A stretch of 64,000 bases of DNA from Thermoanaerobaculia bacterium (GTDB taxonomy: Bacteria; Acidobacteriota; Thermoanaerobaculia; Multivoradales; Multivoraceae): assembly GCA_963666565.1 (NCBI GenBank), contig OY762911.1, positions 1,951,497 through 2,015,496 of the forward strand, read 5' to 3'. A program made the translations under genes and the position numbers. Of the stretch, positions 1 through 9,066 are shown piece after piece. The first letter of the stretch is position 1; every line of letters begins with the position of its first letter. A model generated the notes under the pieces. It made no database searches and was not told the DNA's origin. It saw nothing but the letters and a program-made list of their open reading frames with translations.

Positions 1-1188
1 GAGCAGGTCGCCCCACAGCCAGACCGCCGCTACTCCCGCCACGCCGACGGCCAGCGTCGCCGCCAGCATCGGGGCCGGAAGCGGCGACGCACCGTCGCGT
101 CGGATCTTGGCCGCCGTCGCCGTTGTCGTGCCCTCGCGTCGGACGCCGGCCGGAGTCGCCGTCGTCGCGCCTTCGCGTCGGACGCCGGCCGGCGTCGCCG
201 TCGTCGTGCCCTCGCGACGGACGCCGGCCGGGGTCGCCGTCGTCGCGCCTTCACGGCGAACGCCGGCCGCCATCGCCGCCGGGTACATGATCTGCACCGC
301 GGCGCCGGCGAAGATGACGAAGGGCGCCGACACGAGACCGTACGCGGCCGCGTAGAGGCCGACCTGCGAATCTCCGTGGTAGTGGCCCAGGATGAAGCGA
401 TCGCTCTCGTGCAGCAGCCATCCCAGACAGCCGGCGACCATGAGCGGCCACGCGAACGGCCAGGCCCCCGACGTCGAGAGGACGCCGGCGGGAGCGTCCG
501 CCCGCGTCTTCGGCCGAACGCCGGCAGGCTCGTTCTCGCGTGCCGTCGACTGGCCGCCGGCCGGCGCTTCGCCGGGCGTCGCCGCCCGCGGTTCGCGCAG
601 CCGCCGGAACCCGGCGATCAGCGCCAGGGCGGCGGCGTGGGCGAGCAGGATCGTCCACAGCGACCGGTCGAGACGAGCCAACGCCGCGACGGCGAGCGGA
701 ATCGACCATTGCATCGCGACGCTGATCGCCTCCGCGCTGCGCTGCCGGCCGCGGGTAACGGCGAGCGAGCGGTCATGCTCGACCAGCGCCTGCAGCGCCA
801 GGATCGCGACCACGCCGGCCAGCTCCGGGAGAGACAGCCGTTGCCCGCGGATGGCCAGCAGGTAGCCGCCCGCGACAGCCGCCACGCTGAGCGCGCCGAC
901 GTAGCGCACGAGCCAGCGGCGCGAGCTCCCAAGGAACGCGCCCGCCGCCCCGGCCGCGGCGGCGGCGTGGTACGCGCGCATCGCGTACTGGAGGAACGGC
1001 CGCACCAGGACCGTCGACGCCAGGGAGAGCGCGGCGAGCGCCAGCTTGTAGCGGCCGAAGGCGGCGGGCGGGAGCGCCTCGGTCAGGATCCGCACGCCGA
1101 CGACGCCGCCCAGTGCCGTCAGGACGCGGCCGGCCGCCACGACCCCCAGATCCGCGCCGTAGCGGCGCAGGCCGGCGAGCCACGTCAC
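1..1188 (-). CDS. Wzx-like polysaccharide biosynthesis/flippase membrane protein; the window holds its N-terminal part and the C-terminus runs beyond position 1
   Basis: Minus-strand frame open from GTG at 1188 to the window edge. The translation is a multi-TM hydrophobic protein with the Wzx-type N-terminal motif (VRILTEALPPAAFGRYKLALAA). It was not listed in the ORF track because no stop or start pair lies inside the window. Its start GTG overlaps the stop of the upstream glycosyltransferase (GTGA). A loop carries a 39-bp in-frame tandem repeat (x4.5). Confidence 0.5.
   Translation of the reverse strand, partial: MTWLAGLRRYGADLGVVAAGRVLTALGGVVGVRILTEALPPAAFGRYKLALAALSLASTVLVRPFLQYAMRAYHAAAAAGAAGAFLGSSRRWLVRYVGALSVAAVAGGYLLAIRGQRLSLPELAGVVAILALQALVEHDRSLAVTRGRQRSAEAISVAMQWSIPLAVAALARLDRSLWTILLAHAAALALIAGFRRLREPRAATPGEAPAGGQSTARENEPAGVRPKTRADAPAGVLSTSGAWPFAWPLMVAGCLGWLLHESDRFILGHYHGDSQVGLYAAAYGLVSAPFVIFAGAAVQIMYPAAMAAGVRREGATTATPAGVRREGTTTATPAGVRREGATTATPAGVRREGTTTATAAKIRRDGASPLPAPMLAATLAVGVAGVAAVWLWGDLL
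107..280. repeat. 39-bp tandem repeat (about 4.5 copies) inside the Wzx-like CDS, encoding a 13-aa unit TTATPAGVRREGA
   Basis: Direct reading of the sequence: gtcgccgtcgtcg(c/t)gcc(c/t)tcgcg(t/a)cggacgccggccgg repeated head to tail. Confidence 0.8.
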
Positions 1189-2342
1189 GCGTTCAGCCCG
1201 GCGACGAGGTTGCGGACTCGCTCCTCGAAGGCGGCGAAGCCGAAGTGCCGCAGGCACTCCCGGCGCAGACGGACCGGATCGGTCAGTTCGGCGGGCGCCT
1301 CGCCGGTCAGGAACTCCAGGATGACTTCGACGAGCCCGTCGGGGTCGTCCGGGTCGACCATCCGCCCGAGGCGGCCGTCCATCAGCGCGTCCCGCGCCCC
1401 GTCCCGGTTGCCCGCGATGACCGGCTTGCCGCAGGCCAGCGCCTCGACGTACACGAGGCCGAATCCCTCGCCTTTGCTCGGCATGACGAAGAGGTCGCAG
1501 GCGTCGTACCAAGCCGGCAGTTCCTCGTCGGACACCGCTCCGGCGCAGACCACGGCCCGGTCCACGCCGAGGTCGCGGGCCAGCGCCCGGACGCGCGGCA
1601 GGTCGTCGCCCCGGCCGACGAGCAGGTAGCGCGCGTCCGGGCAGCGGGCAAGGACCTCGGGCAGCGCTCGCAGGACGAGGTCGTAGCCCTTGTAGCTCTC
1701 GCCGGCGTCGTAGCGGGCGACCGTCAGCAGGAGCGGCGCCCGGTCGAGGCCGAGCCGCTCGCGCACCGCGGCGCCGCCGCCGGGGCGGAAACGGTCGTGG
1801 ACGGCGTTCGGCAGGACGACCGACCGTGGACCCGCCGCCGGCGCGAAGGCGGCCAGTTCGCGCCGGGTGTGGCGGCTGACGGTCACCAAGCGGTCCGCGC
1901 GCCGCAGCGCGGCCGATCGGGAGCGGCCGCGGCGCCGGCGGAGTTCGATGCCGTGGAGCCAGACGACGAAGGGCACGCCGAGCAGCCGCTTCGACCAGGC
2001 CGCCAGCGGCGCCAAGCCGGCATGGCCCGCCACAACGAGGCCGGGACGCCGCCGCCCGATGGCCCCGGCGAAGGCCCGGGTGTAGCGGAACCGGCTGGGG
2101 CCGTGCGCCGTTCCGCACGGCAGCAGCAGAGCGTCGCCGAACGCCTCGCCGGCCTCCGCGGGAACCTCGCGGTCCTGGTAGAGCAGCACTCGGTGGCTTG
2201 CGGCCGGCCAGCCGCGCGTCATCGCGCGCAGGATGTCCCGGCAGACGGCCTGGATGCCGCCGGGCGGGCCGAAGAGCATGGGGAACAGGTAGAGGACGTC
2301 GTGCAGGTCGCCCGGCTCGCGCGGGGCCGGCGCGGCCGTCAT
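1185..2342 (-). CDS. Glycosyltransferase family 4 (GT1-fold)
   Basis: C-terminal EX7E-type motif region (GEGFGLVYVEALACGKPVIAG) typical of GT4. The ATG at 2342 overlaps the asnB stop (ATGA). The 518-aa track ORF is an upstream extension. Confidence 0.8.
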   Translation of the reverse strand: MTAAPAPREPGDLHDVLYLFPMLFGPPGGIQAVCRDILRAMTRGWPAASHRVLLYQDREVPAEAGEAFGDALLLPCGTAHGPSRFRYTRAFAGAIGRRRPGLVVAGHAGLAPLAAWSKRLLGVPFVVWLHGIELRRRRGRSRSAALRRADRLVTVSRHTRRELAAFAPAAGPRSVVLPNAVHDRFRPGGGAAVRERLGLDRAPLLLTVARYDAGESYKGYDLVLRALPEVLARCPDARYLLVGRGDDLPRVRALARDLGVDRAVVCAGAVSDEELPAWYDACDLFVMPSKGEGFGLVYVEALACGKPVIAGNRDGARDALMDGRLGRMVDPDDPDGLVEVILEFLTGEAPAELTDPVRLRRECLRHFGFAAFEERVRNLVAGLNA

Positions 2343-4153
2343 GCGTAGCACTCGTCGGCGACGCGGCGCGCCCACGCGCGCATCGCGCGGGGCGGCGCGG
2401 ACCCGTCCGGCGTCGACAACCAGCGCCGCATCGGCACGCCGAAGCCGGTCTTCGGCCGGCTCAGGACCGCCCGGGGCAACGGCGTGGCCGGAGTCGACGC
2501 CAGTTCGCGCTTGCCCGCCGGGTGCCGTCCGACGAGCAGGGGCGCGATTCGCCGGAAGAAGAACGTGTCCACCAGCGGCGTGCGGATCTCGACCCCGTGG
2601 GCCATTCCGGCCCAGTCGCTGTCGCGCAGGAGCTGGTTGCGCAGGTACCAGACCAGTTCCAGCGCGCTCACCCTGGCGCGAGCCGTGCGCAGACCGCCCA
2701 GCCGCGGCTGTTCGCGGCGCGCCGCGTCCACCGCGGCCCATCCCTCGCGGGCCATGTCCGGGTCCATCACGGAGGGCAGCTCCCAGGGCAGGAACAGTGC
2801 GCGGCGCAGCAGGTAGGCGTCGGGATAGCTCGTGCCGTACTCAAGCAGCGAAGCGTACTTGGGCGAGGCCGCCGCGGCGACGGCCGGAGCGCACAACCGG
2901 CGGACGGCGGCACCGGCCCGGCGCAGCGGGCGCAGCGGCGCCAGCAGGCGGACGGCGCGGGGGATGTCGGAGAAGCCGCTGTAGCCGCCGAACAGTTCGT
3001 CGCCGCCTACGCCGGACAGGGCCGCCTTGAGCCCGGTCTCGGCCACCGCGCGGCTGACGAACCAAGCGTTGACGCCGTCAATGGACGGCTGGTCCATCGC
3101 CCGCAGCAGGCTGTCGCAGGCGTCGCGAAAGTCCCGTTCGACGACGCGCTTGACCTCGTGCGGCAACCTGTACCGGGCCGCGACCTGGCTGGCGAGGGGC
3201 GCTTCGTCGTCGAGGCCGCCGGCGAACTCGTCGAAGGCGAGGGTGACGGCGCGCACCGGGTCGGGCGCGGCCACCGCGGCGTGCGCGGCGACCGTCGCCG
3301 AGTCCTGGCCGGCGGACAGGAAGACGCCGACCGGGACGTCGGCGATCAAGTGTTGCTGGACAGTGTCGTGGACCGCGGCGCGCAGTGCTTCGGGGTCCGC
3401 CCAGTGCTGGTCGGAAGACCCTCGCGCTCGGGCGGCCCGTGCTGTCTGGGCGCGTTCGAGTTCCGCGACGACATCGAAGTGCCGGGCCGGCGGACGGAGG
3501 CCGGCGCCGTCCACCCACAGCGAGCAGCCGGCGGGCAGGCAGCGGATGTGTTCGAAGAACGTCCACGGCTCGGGAACGGCGCCCCAGATGAAGAAGCCGG
3601 CCCGGCCGGCCGCGGAAGGCGCCGTGTCGATGCCGCCGCCGGCGAGCAGGGCCTTGACCTGCGACGCGAACCGCAGCACGCCGCCGGCGTTCGCGTAGTA
3701 CAGGGGCTTGATGCCGAATCCGTCGCGGGCCAGGAACAGCCCCCGGCGCTTCTCGTCCCGGATCGCCAGCGCGAACATGCCCCGCAGCCGGTCGACCATC
3801 GCGGGACCCTCCCGGTCGTAGAGGTGCAGCAGCACCTCGGTGTCGGAGGCGGTGCGGAAACGGCAGCCGGACGTCTCGAGCGAGCGGCGCAGGCTCCTGT
3901 AGTTGTAGATCTCGCCGTTGAAGACGATGACGAGCCGGCCCCCGTCGAGCTTCATCGGCTGAGCGCCGCCCTCGGAAGTGTCGATGATCGCCAGCCGCCG
4001 GTGCGCCAGGCCGATCCGCCGCGATGCGTCCAGCCAGAGGCCCTCGCCGTCGGGTCCTCGGGCCGCCATCGCGCCGCACGTACGGCCCAGGGCCTCGCGG
4101 TCGACCGGAGGCGCGCCGGAGCGCCACGCGAAGTGTCCGGCGATGCCGCACAT
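2339..4153 (-). CDS. asnB: Asparagine synthase (glutamine-hydrolysing), of the kind found in EPS/O-antigen loci
   Basis: N-terminal MCGIAG nucleophile motif, the class II glutamine amidotransferase domain and the synthetase domain (SGGLDS-like region) are all present. Start is ATG at 4153. Confidence 0.85.
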   Translation of the reverse strand: MCGIAGHFAWRSGAPPVDREALGRTCGAMAARGPDGEGLWLDASRRIGLAHRRLAIIDTSEGGAQPMKLDGGRLVIVFNGEIYNYRSLRRSLETSGCRFRTASDTEVLLHLYDREGPAMVDRLRGMFALAIRDEKRRGLFLARDGFGIKPLYYANAGGVLRFASQVKALLAGGGIDTAPSAAGRAGFFIWGAVPEPWTFFEHIRCLPAGCSLWVDGAGLRPPARHFDVVAELERAQTARAARARGSSDQHWADPEALRAAVHDTVQQHLIADVPVGVFLSAGQDSATVAAHAAVAAPDPVRAVTLAFDEFAGGLDDEAPLASQVAARYRLPHEVKRVVERDFRDACDSLLRAMDQPSIDGVNAWFVSRAVAETGLKAALSGVGGDELFGGYSGFSDIPRAVRLLAPLRPLRRAGAAVRRLCAPAVAAAASPKYASLLEYGTSYPDAYLLRRALFLPWELPSVMDPDMAREGWAAVDAARREQPRLGGLRTARARVSALELVWYLRNQLLRDSDWAGMAHGVEIRTPLVDTFFFRRIAPLLVGRHPAGKRELASTPATPLPRAVLSRPKTGFGVPMRRWLSTPDGSAPPRAMRAWARRVADECYA

Positions 4154-4154
4154 G

Positions 4155-4801
4155 TCAGCTCGCTGCGCGCGCCGCCGTGCCGCCCCGTCCGGCGTCGGTG
4201 CGAGGGTGTTCGGATCCGCTCCAGGCGGCGTCGCGGAGCGTCGGAACCGGCGACGCCAAGCTCGGTCGGGCGTCGTCGAGGAACAGGCGGCACCAGAGTT
4301 CCAGGCAGACGACCGCGAAGGTGAGGAAGGCGCCGTCGCTGCGGCCGGCGCGATCGGCCCGCACCAGAGCCTGGACCGCCTCCGGGTCGAAGATGCCGCG
4401 CCGTTCAAGCGCGGTGGGGCTCTGCGGCTCGTCGGTCATCTCACGCAGTTCGCAGCGCATCCACCGGCGCAGCGGCACCCCGAAGCCGGTCTTCGGTCGA
4501 TGGACGATGTCGCGCGGCAGCAGGGGCGTCATCGCCCGTCTCAGGAGGTACTTGCCGCGAAGCCCGCGCTGCTTCAGCCGGGGCGGAACGCGGGCGGCGA
4601 ACTCCACGAGGTCGGTGTCGAGCAACGGCGTCCGTATCTCGATGCCCTCGATGACGGCGAGCCGGCGATGGGCGAGGCCGATCTCCCGGCCGGGGTCCAG
4701 AAACTGTCCTTCGTCGTCAGGGCCGCGGTGAGCGAGGCGCGCGTTCATCGCGGCCAGCAGCGCCGGATCGAAGCGGCCGGCGAATCCGGCGATGCCGCAC
4801 A
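4155..4801 (-). pseudogene. Internally deleted asparagine synthase paralog (N-terminal 50 aa fused to C-terminal ~165 aa)
   Basis: The protein starts MCGIAGFAGRF...LAHRGPDDEG...GLAHRRLAVI and then jumps directly to IEIRTPLLDT...HRPKTGFGVPLRRW. These are homologous to the N- and C-termini of the adjacent full asnB, so about 400 codons are missing. Confidence 0.6.
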
Positions 4802-4954
4802 TTGTTGATTCTGCTAGCCTCTCCAGCGGCCGCGCCCTGCCGACCGCAAGAGTCCATTGTCGCACATGGCCCGGCGCGTGAGCGAACGAACCGACCGGGG
4901 CAGGAGAGTGGATTCCGTGGGCCAGACCGTGAACTTCCGATCCGCGGATCTCCC

Positions 4955-6337
4955 TTGAGCCGTACGGAAGCAGGATCGAATGCCGGTAGGGTTTCCGTAG
5001 CGGTCCATGCCGAGCCTGCGGTCGCGGCGCCGCCATCTGTCGAGGAACTGCAAGCGGCGGTCGCCACCCGCCGGGCGCGCACCGGCGTCATCGGCCTCGG
5101 TTACGTCGGCCTGCCGCTGCTCGTGTCGCTGGCCGAGGCGGGGTTCGAGGCGGTGGGCATCGACATCGACCGGGAGAAGGTCGAACGCCTTGGCCGCGGC
5201 GAGTCCTGCGTCGCCGACGTCGCCGACGAGTCGATCCGGACCCTGATCGCCGACGGCCGGCTCCGCGCCACCGCCGACTTCAGCCTGCTGCGCGACCTCG
5301 ACGCAATCTGCATCTGTGTTCCCACGCCGCTGAGCAAGACGCGGGACCCGGACCTCTCGCACGTCGGCGCCGCCGTGCAGGAAGTGGCGCGATGCCTTCG
5401 TCCCGGCCAACTGGTCGTCCTCGAATCGACGACCTGGCCCGGCACCGTCGAGCGGTTCGTGAGGCCCCGGTTCGAGGCGGGCGGGCTCCGTGCCGGCCGC
5501 GACTTCTTCCTCGCCTTCTCCCCCGAGCGGCTCGACCCCGGCAACCGGGACTGGGCGACCCGCTCCATCCCCCGCATCGTCGGCGGCGTGGATCCCGACT
5601 CTACGCGGCTGGCGACGACCCTCTACGAGCAGGTCGTCGAGACGGTCGTGCCGGTGTCGTCGACCCGCGTCGCCGAGACGGTCAAGCTGATCGAGAACAC
5701 GTTCCGCTCGGTCAACATCGCGCTCGCGAACGAGTTCGCCCTCATCTGCCGGAGCCTCGACGTGGATGTCTGGGAAGTCGTGGATGCGGCCGCGACGAAG
5801 CCGTTCGGCTTCATGTCGTTCCAGCCCGGACCCGGCCTCGGCGGCCACTGCATCCCGGTCGATCCGCACTACCTGGCCTGGGGAGCGCGCCAGAACGGCT
5901 TCGAGAGCCGCTTCATCGAGCTTGCGGCCGACATCAACTCGAACATGCCGGAGTACGTCGCGCGACGGGTCGCGGAAGTGCTCGACACCCGGTCCCGGGT
6001 CGTCGACGGCGCCCGGATCCACCTCGCCGGCGTCGCCTACAAGGCGGGCGTCAGCGATATCCGGGAGTCGCCGGCGCTGGAAGTCGCCCGGCTGCTCGCG
6101 GAGCGGGGCGCTGCGGTCAGCTACAGCGACCCGTTCGTCCCGGAGGCCGAGACGGACGGAGTCCGGCTGCCGCACGTGCCTCTGGAGGAGGCGCTGGACG
6201 CCGGCGTCGACTGCGTGGTCGTCACGACCGGCCACGCGGGAGTCGACTACGGCGCGATCGTCGAGCGCGCGCCGCTCGTCCTGGACACTCGCAACGCTCT
6301 CGCCGGCGTGACGGCCGGCAACGTCTTCCGCATCTGA
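4955..6337 (+). CDS. Nucleotide-sugar dehydrogenase (UDP-glucose / UDP-ManNAc dehydrogenase family); start codon uncertain
   Basis: Rossmann motif GVIGLGYVGLP, a catalytic-Cys region (GFMSFQPGPGLGGHCIP) and the UDP-binding C-terminal domain. No in-frame ATG or GTG lies near the expected N-terminus. The only in-frame canonical start is TTG at 4955 (40 aa before the Rossmann motif); CTG at 5048 is the alternative. Confidence 0.75.
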   Translation: MSRTEAGSNAGRVSVAVHAEPAVAAPPSVEELQAAVATRRARTGVIGLGYVGLPLLVSLAEAGFEAVGIDIDREKVERLGRGESCVADVADESIRTLIADGRLRATADFSLLRDLDAICICVPTPLSKTRDPDLSHVGAAVQEVARCLRPGQLVVLESTTWPGTVERFVRPRFEAGGLRAGRDFFLAFSPERLDPGNRDWATRSIPRIVGGVDPDSTRLATTLYEQVVETVVPVSSTRVAETVKLIENTFRSVNIALANEFALICRSLDVDVWEVVDAAATKPFGFMSFQPGPGLGGHCIPVDPHYLAWGARQNGFESRFIELAADINSNMPEYVARRVAEVLDTRSRVVDGARIHLAGVAYKAGVSDIRESPALEVARLLAERGAAVSYSDPFVPEAETDGVRLPHVPLEEALDAGVDCVVVTTGHAGVDYGAIVERAPLVLDTRNALAGVTAGNVFRI

Positions 6338-6340
6338 TAG

Positions 6341-7048
6341 TTATCGCCGCACCCGGCGAAGGAAGGCGCTCGTCCGTCCGCCCAGCGCCGCGTCGAGGAG
6401 TTCCACGCCGGCGGCGGGGCCGCCGCAGATCTCGATGCCGAGCCGCTTCGCGTTCGCTTCGGTCGCCTCGTCCGTGTCCGGCGCCACCAGAATCGTCCTG
6501 GCGGACGACTGGCTGATGACGTCGACGCAGTGGTCGATCGTGTCGTCGACGAGGGCATCGAGTTCCAGGGCGGCGGCCAGGGCGCCCCGGGAACCCTTGT
6601 GCACGATGACGCTCGGCAGCGTGAATCCCTGCTCCGCGAGCCATCGCTGCGTCTGGCGCTGCACCGTGTCGCCCGCCGTGGCGGGCCGCTGCGTGACGAA
6701 GAACACCTCCCAGCGCCCGCTGGCCGCGCGCTCCTCGAGCAGCGGGACGACGTCCGGATCGATCGGGTCGAGGGTCCGCCAGAAGTTCGGCGTCGAGCGG
6801 ATGGCCTTCCAGACGCGATTCCGGCGGCGCGCCGAAGACCGCAGGTCGCGTCTCGCCGCGCGTCTCGCCGCCGTATCGTCCGCGGAGACGTCCGGTTGCC
6901 GGTCTTCCCGGCTCTCCGGCGGGTCGGTCTCGGCCGTTTCCGTTCGCCGATCGCGTACCCTGGGGTAGAGGCGGTCCGCGATCCGGCCGTAGGCGGCGGA
7001 GAAGTCCGCCAGGACGCCGTCCAGATCGAAGGCGATGCGCGGCGCCAT
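6341..7048 (-). CDS. HAD-superfamily hydrolase
   Basis: N-terminal DxDGV motif (FDLDGVLADF) and conserved downstream HAD motifs. Confidence 0.6.
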   Translation of the reverse strand: MAPRIAFDLDGVLADFSAAYGRIADRLYPRVRDRRTETAETDPPESREDRQPDVSADDTAARRAARRDLRSSARRRNRVWKAIRSTPNFWRTLDPIDPDVVPLLEERAASGRWEVFFVTQRPATAGDTVQRQTQRWLAEQGFTLPSVIVHKGSRGALAAALELDALVDDTIDHCVDVISQSSARTILVAPDTDEATEANAKRLGIEICGGPAAGVELLDAALGGRTSAFLRRVRR

Positions 7049-7057
7049 GGCCGGATC

Positions 7058-8491
7058 CTAGCCCTGCCGCCGGCGGCGCAGGGCGGGCCGATGGACCGCG
7101 ACGGCCAGCAGCAGGACGAACAGCACGGCGTTGCCCGGCATCTGGAGACTGAAGTCGACCAGCGACTGCAGGGCCAGCGCGCAGATCCCGGTCACGGCGC
7201 CGGCTCGTAGCCACCAGGTTCGGGAATCGTCCAGGTTCTCCCGGAAGCGGCGGCGTACCGCCCGGAACTGAACGACGAGCGCGAACGCCGCCGGCAGGAC
7301 GAGCAGCAAGCCGCCTTCCGCCGCGATCTGCAGATAGTCGTTGTGCGCCTCGACGGTGTACATCTCCAACTCGTGGGTCTGGTAGGCGAGCATGGCCACG
7401 CCGTAGGAGTTCAGACCCGTGCCGACGAGCGGAAAGTCGCCGACGATCCGAAGGGTGTCCTGCCAGAAACCGACTCGGCCCTCGACGTCCAGCGCGGCCG
7501 CCAGGGTCTCGGCGGTCTCCTCGCCGACCATGTCCAGACCGGCCCAGACGGCGGCGGCGACGGGCGCCAGGACGAAAACGACCGGAATCCACGCGAACCG
7601 GCGCGCCGCCGGCCCGGCGCTCCGATGCCGCCGCAGCGCCAGGAAGGCCAGCGCCCACGACGACGCGACCAGGCAGGCCATGCCCGAGACGGAAGCGGTG
7701 AGGAAGACGGCCACCATCATCACCAGCAGCGCGAGGCCGGCCAGCACCAGCTCGTTCGCGCCGCGCGACCCGAGCCGGATCAGGCCGTCGCGCCAGTCGC
7801 GCGGCGCGTTGCGCAGGGCGCGCGCCAGACCGCCGCAGAGATAGCCGGCCGACAGCGAGAACGCCATGACCAGCCAGCCGGCCAAGTGGTTCTCGTTGAT
7901 GAACGGAGCGGCCGGTTCCCACGCCTTGCGCGGAAACCACAGGCCGTAGACCCGCAGGCTGCCGCTCGCTTCCTGCGCTAGGGCCACCACGGCGACGATC
8001 GCGCCCAGAACGATGACGCGCCGGGCCACAATCGACGCGCGGACGACCGACAGCGCCCGCGCGCTGGCCAGGAAGAAGACCGACAGCGCCGCGAGGAAGG
8101 CCAGCGCGAGTACCGTCCGGGACGGCGCGATGGAGATGGCGTGAAGCGCCGGTCCGTCCGCCGGCGCCGCGGGGGGTGCCGACATCGTCGCGGCCGCGCG
8201 GAGGGCGGCGAAGTCGTGCGCGAAGCGCCCCGGGCTGACGAAGGCCAGCACCCGTTCGGGCAGCGGCACGAGCTGCAGCGCTCCCGCGCAGAACGCGAGA
8301 CCGAGAGCCGCGACGAAAGCCCTCTCCTCGCGCCGGCCGCGGACGACGAGGAGCCCGAGGAGCCCCACCGTCGTGCAGAAGACGAGGAGCGGCGCGTACG
8401 CCCACGGGTACTCCGCGCCGAACGCCAGGGCCCCCCAGGCCAGCAGGAGCGTCGTTGCCGGGGCGAACCATCGCAGCCGGCGAGCGCTCAC
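7058..8491 (-). CDS. O-antigen ligase / O-antigen polymerase family membrane protein (WaaL-like)
   Basis: About 10 TM helices and a Wzy_C signature (HNDYLQIAAEGGLLL). The GTG start at 8491 overlaps the upstream gene's stop (GTGA). Confidence 0.75.
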   Translation of the reverse strand: MSARRLRWFAPATTLLLAWGALAFGAEYPWAYAPLLVFCTTVGLLGLLVVRGRREERAFVAALGLAFCAGALQLVPLPERVLAFVSPGRFAHDFAALRAAATMSAPPAAPADGPALHAISIAPSRTVLALAFLAALSVFFLASARALSVVRASIVARRVIVLGAIVAVVALAQEASGSLRVYGLWFPRKAWEPAAPFINENHLAGWLVMAFSLSAGYLCGGLARALRNAPRDWRDGLIRLGSRGANELVLAGLALLVMMVAVFLTASVSGMACLVASSWALAFLALRRHRSAGPAARRFAWIPVVFVLAPVAAAVWAGLDMVGEETAETLAAALDVEGRVGFWQDTLRIVGDFPLVGTGLNSYGVAMLAYQTHELEMYTVEAHNDYLQIAAEGGLLLVLPAAFALVVQFRAVRRRFRENLDDSRTWWLRAGAVTGICALALQSLVDFSLQMPGNAVLFVLLLAVAVHRPALRRRRQG

Positions 8492-9060
8492 GGTCGGCCG
8501 CGCTCCGTGGTCTCTCCGGACGGCTCGTCGCCGCGCGTGCCGCCGGCGGGCGGCTCGTCGTCGGCGGGCGGTTCGTCGCCTCCCGTGTCTTCGGCGCCCG
8601 AGGCGCCGGCCGCGACGAGCGCGCCGTTCACGAAGGTCGACCAGGTGTCGAAGCGGCCGTCACCGTCGTCGTCGGACTCGACTCGGACCAGCGCTTCGTC
8701 TTCGTAGTACTCCCGGCGGTCGGCCCGGCCGTCGCCGTCGAGATCGCGGTCCAGGCGTACGTTGCCGCCAGCCGGGTCGACATGGGCGGTCGTCTCGTGC
8801 AGGCCGTCGGCGTCGAGGTCGAGCCGCAGTTCGGACGCCCGGCCGTTGCGTTCGTCGATGACCGCGCGAACGGTCTGGCCGCCGTAGCGGACGTCCCGGA
8901 CGAGCGTCGAACCCTGGCCGTCCGGGTTGGCGACGCGGCGGTACCCGGCGCCGAACGGACCGTCGCCGTAGGGCCCCGCGGCGCGGTACGCCGCTACGCC
9001 CGACGCGATCGCGCAGACGAAACCGGCGGCGAGCAGAAGCCGCTGCGCCAGTTCCGGCAG
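8488..9060 (-). CDS. Hypothetical secreted protein with DxDGDG (Ca-binding-like) repeats; no canonical start codon
   Basis: The frame is open from 9066 to a TGA at 8488-8490 that overlaps the WaaL-like start. The N-terminus looks like a signal peptide (PELAQRLLLAAGFVCAIASG), followed by repeated DLDADG / DLDGDGRAD / DDDGDGRFD motifs. Only CTG codons (9060, 9051) are available as starts. It is in the same frame as the upstream CDS and separated from it by a single TGA. Confidence 0.4.
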   Translation of the reverse strand: MPELAQRLLLAAGFVCAIASGVAAYRAAGPYGDGPFGAGYRRVANPDGQGSTLVRDVRYGGQTVRAVIDERNGRASELRLDLDADGLHETTAHVDPAGGNVRLDRDLDGDGRADRREYYEDEALVRVESDDDGDGRFDTWSTFVNGALVAAGASGAEDTGGDEPPADDEPPAGGTRGDEPSGETTERGRP

Positions 9061-9066
9061 CGGGGG

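Noticed and set aside
1185-2741. Upstream extensions of many track ORFs (for example GT 518 aa, peptidase 856 aa, PQQ-DH 966 aa, esterase 833 aa)
   Set aside because: The extensions are Arg/Pro-rich, overlap the neighbouring gene or run through REP elements, and internal starts give proper signal peptides or family-typical N-termini with start/stop overlaps (ATGA/GTGA) to the neighbours.
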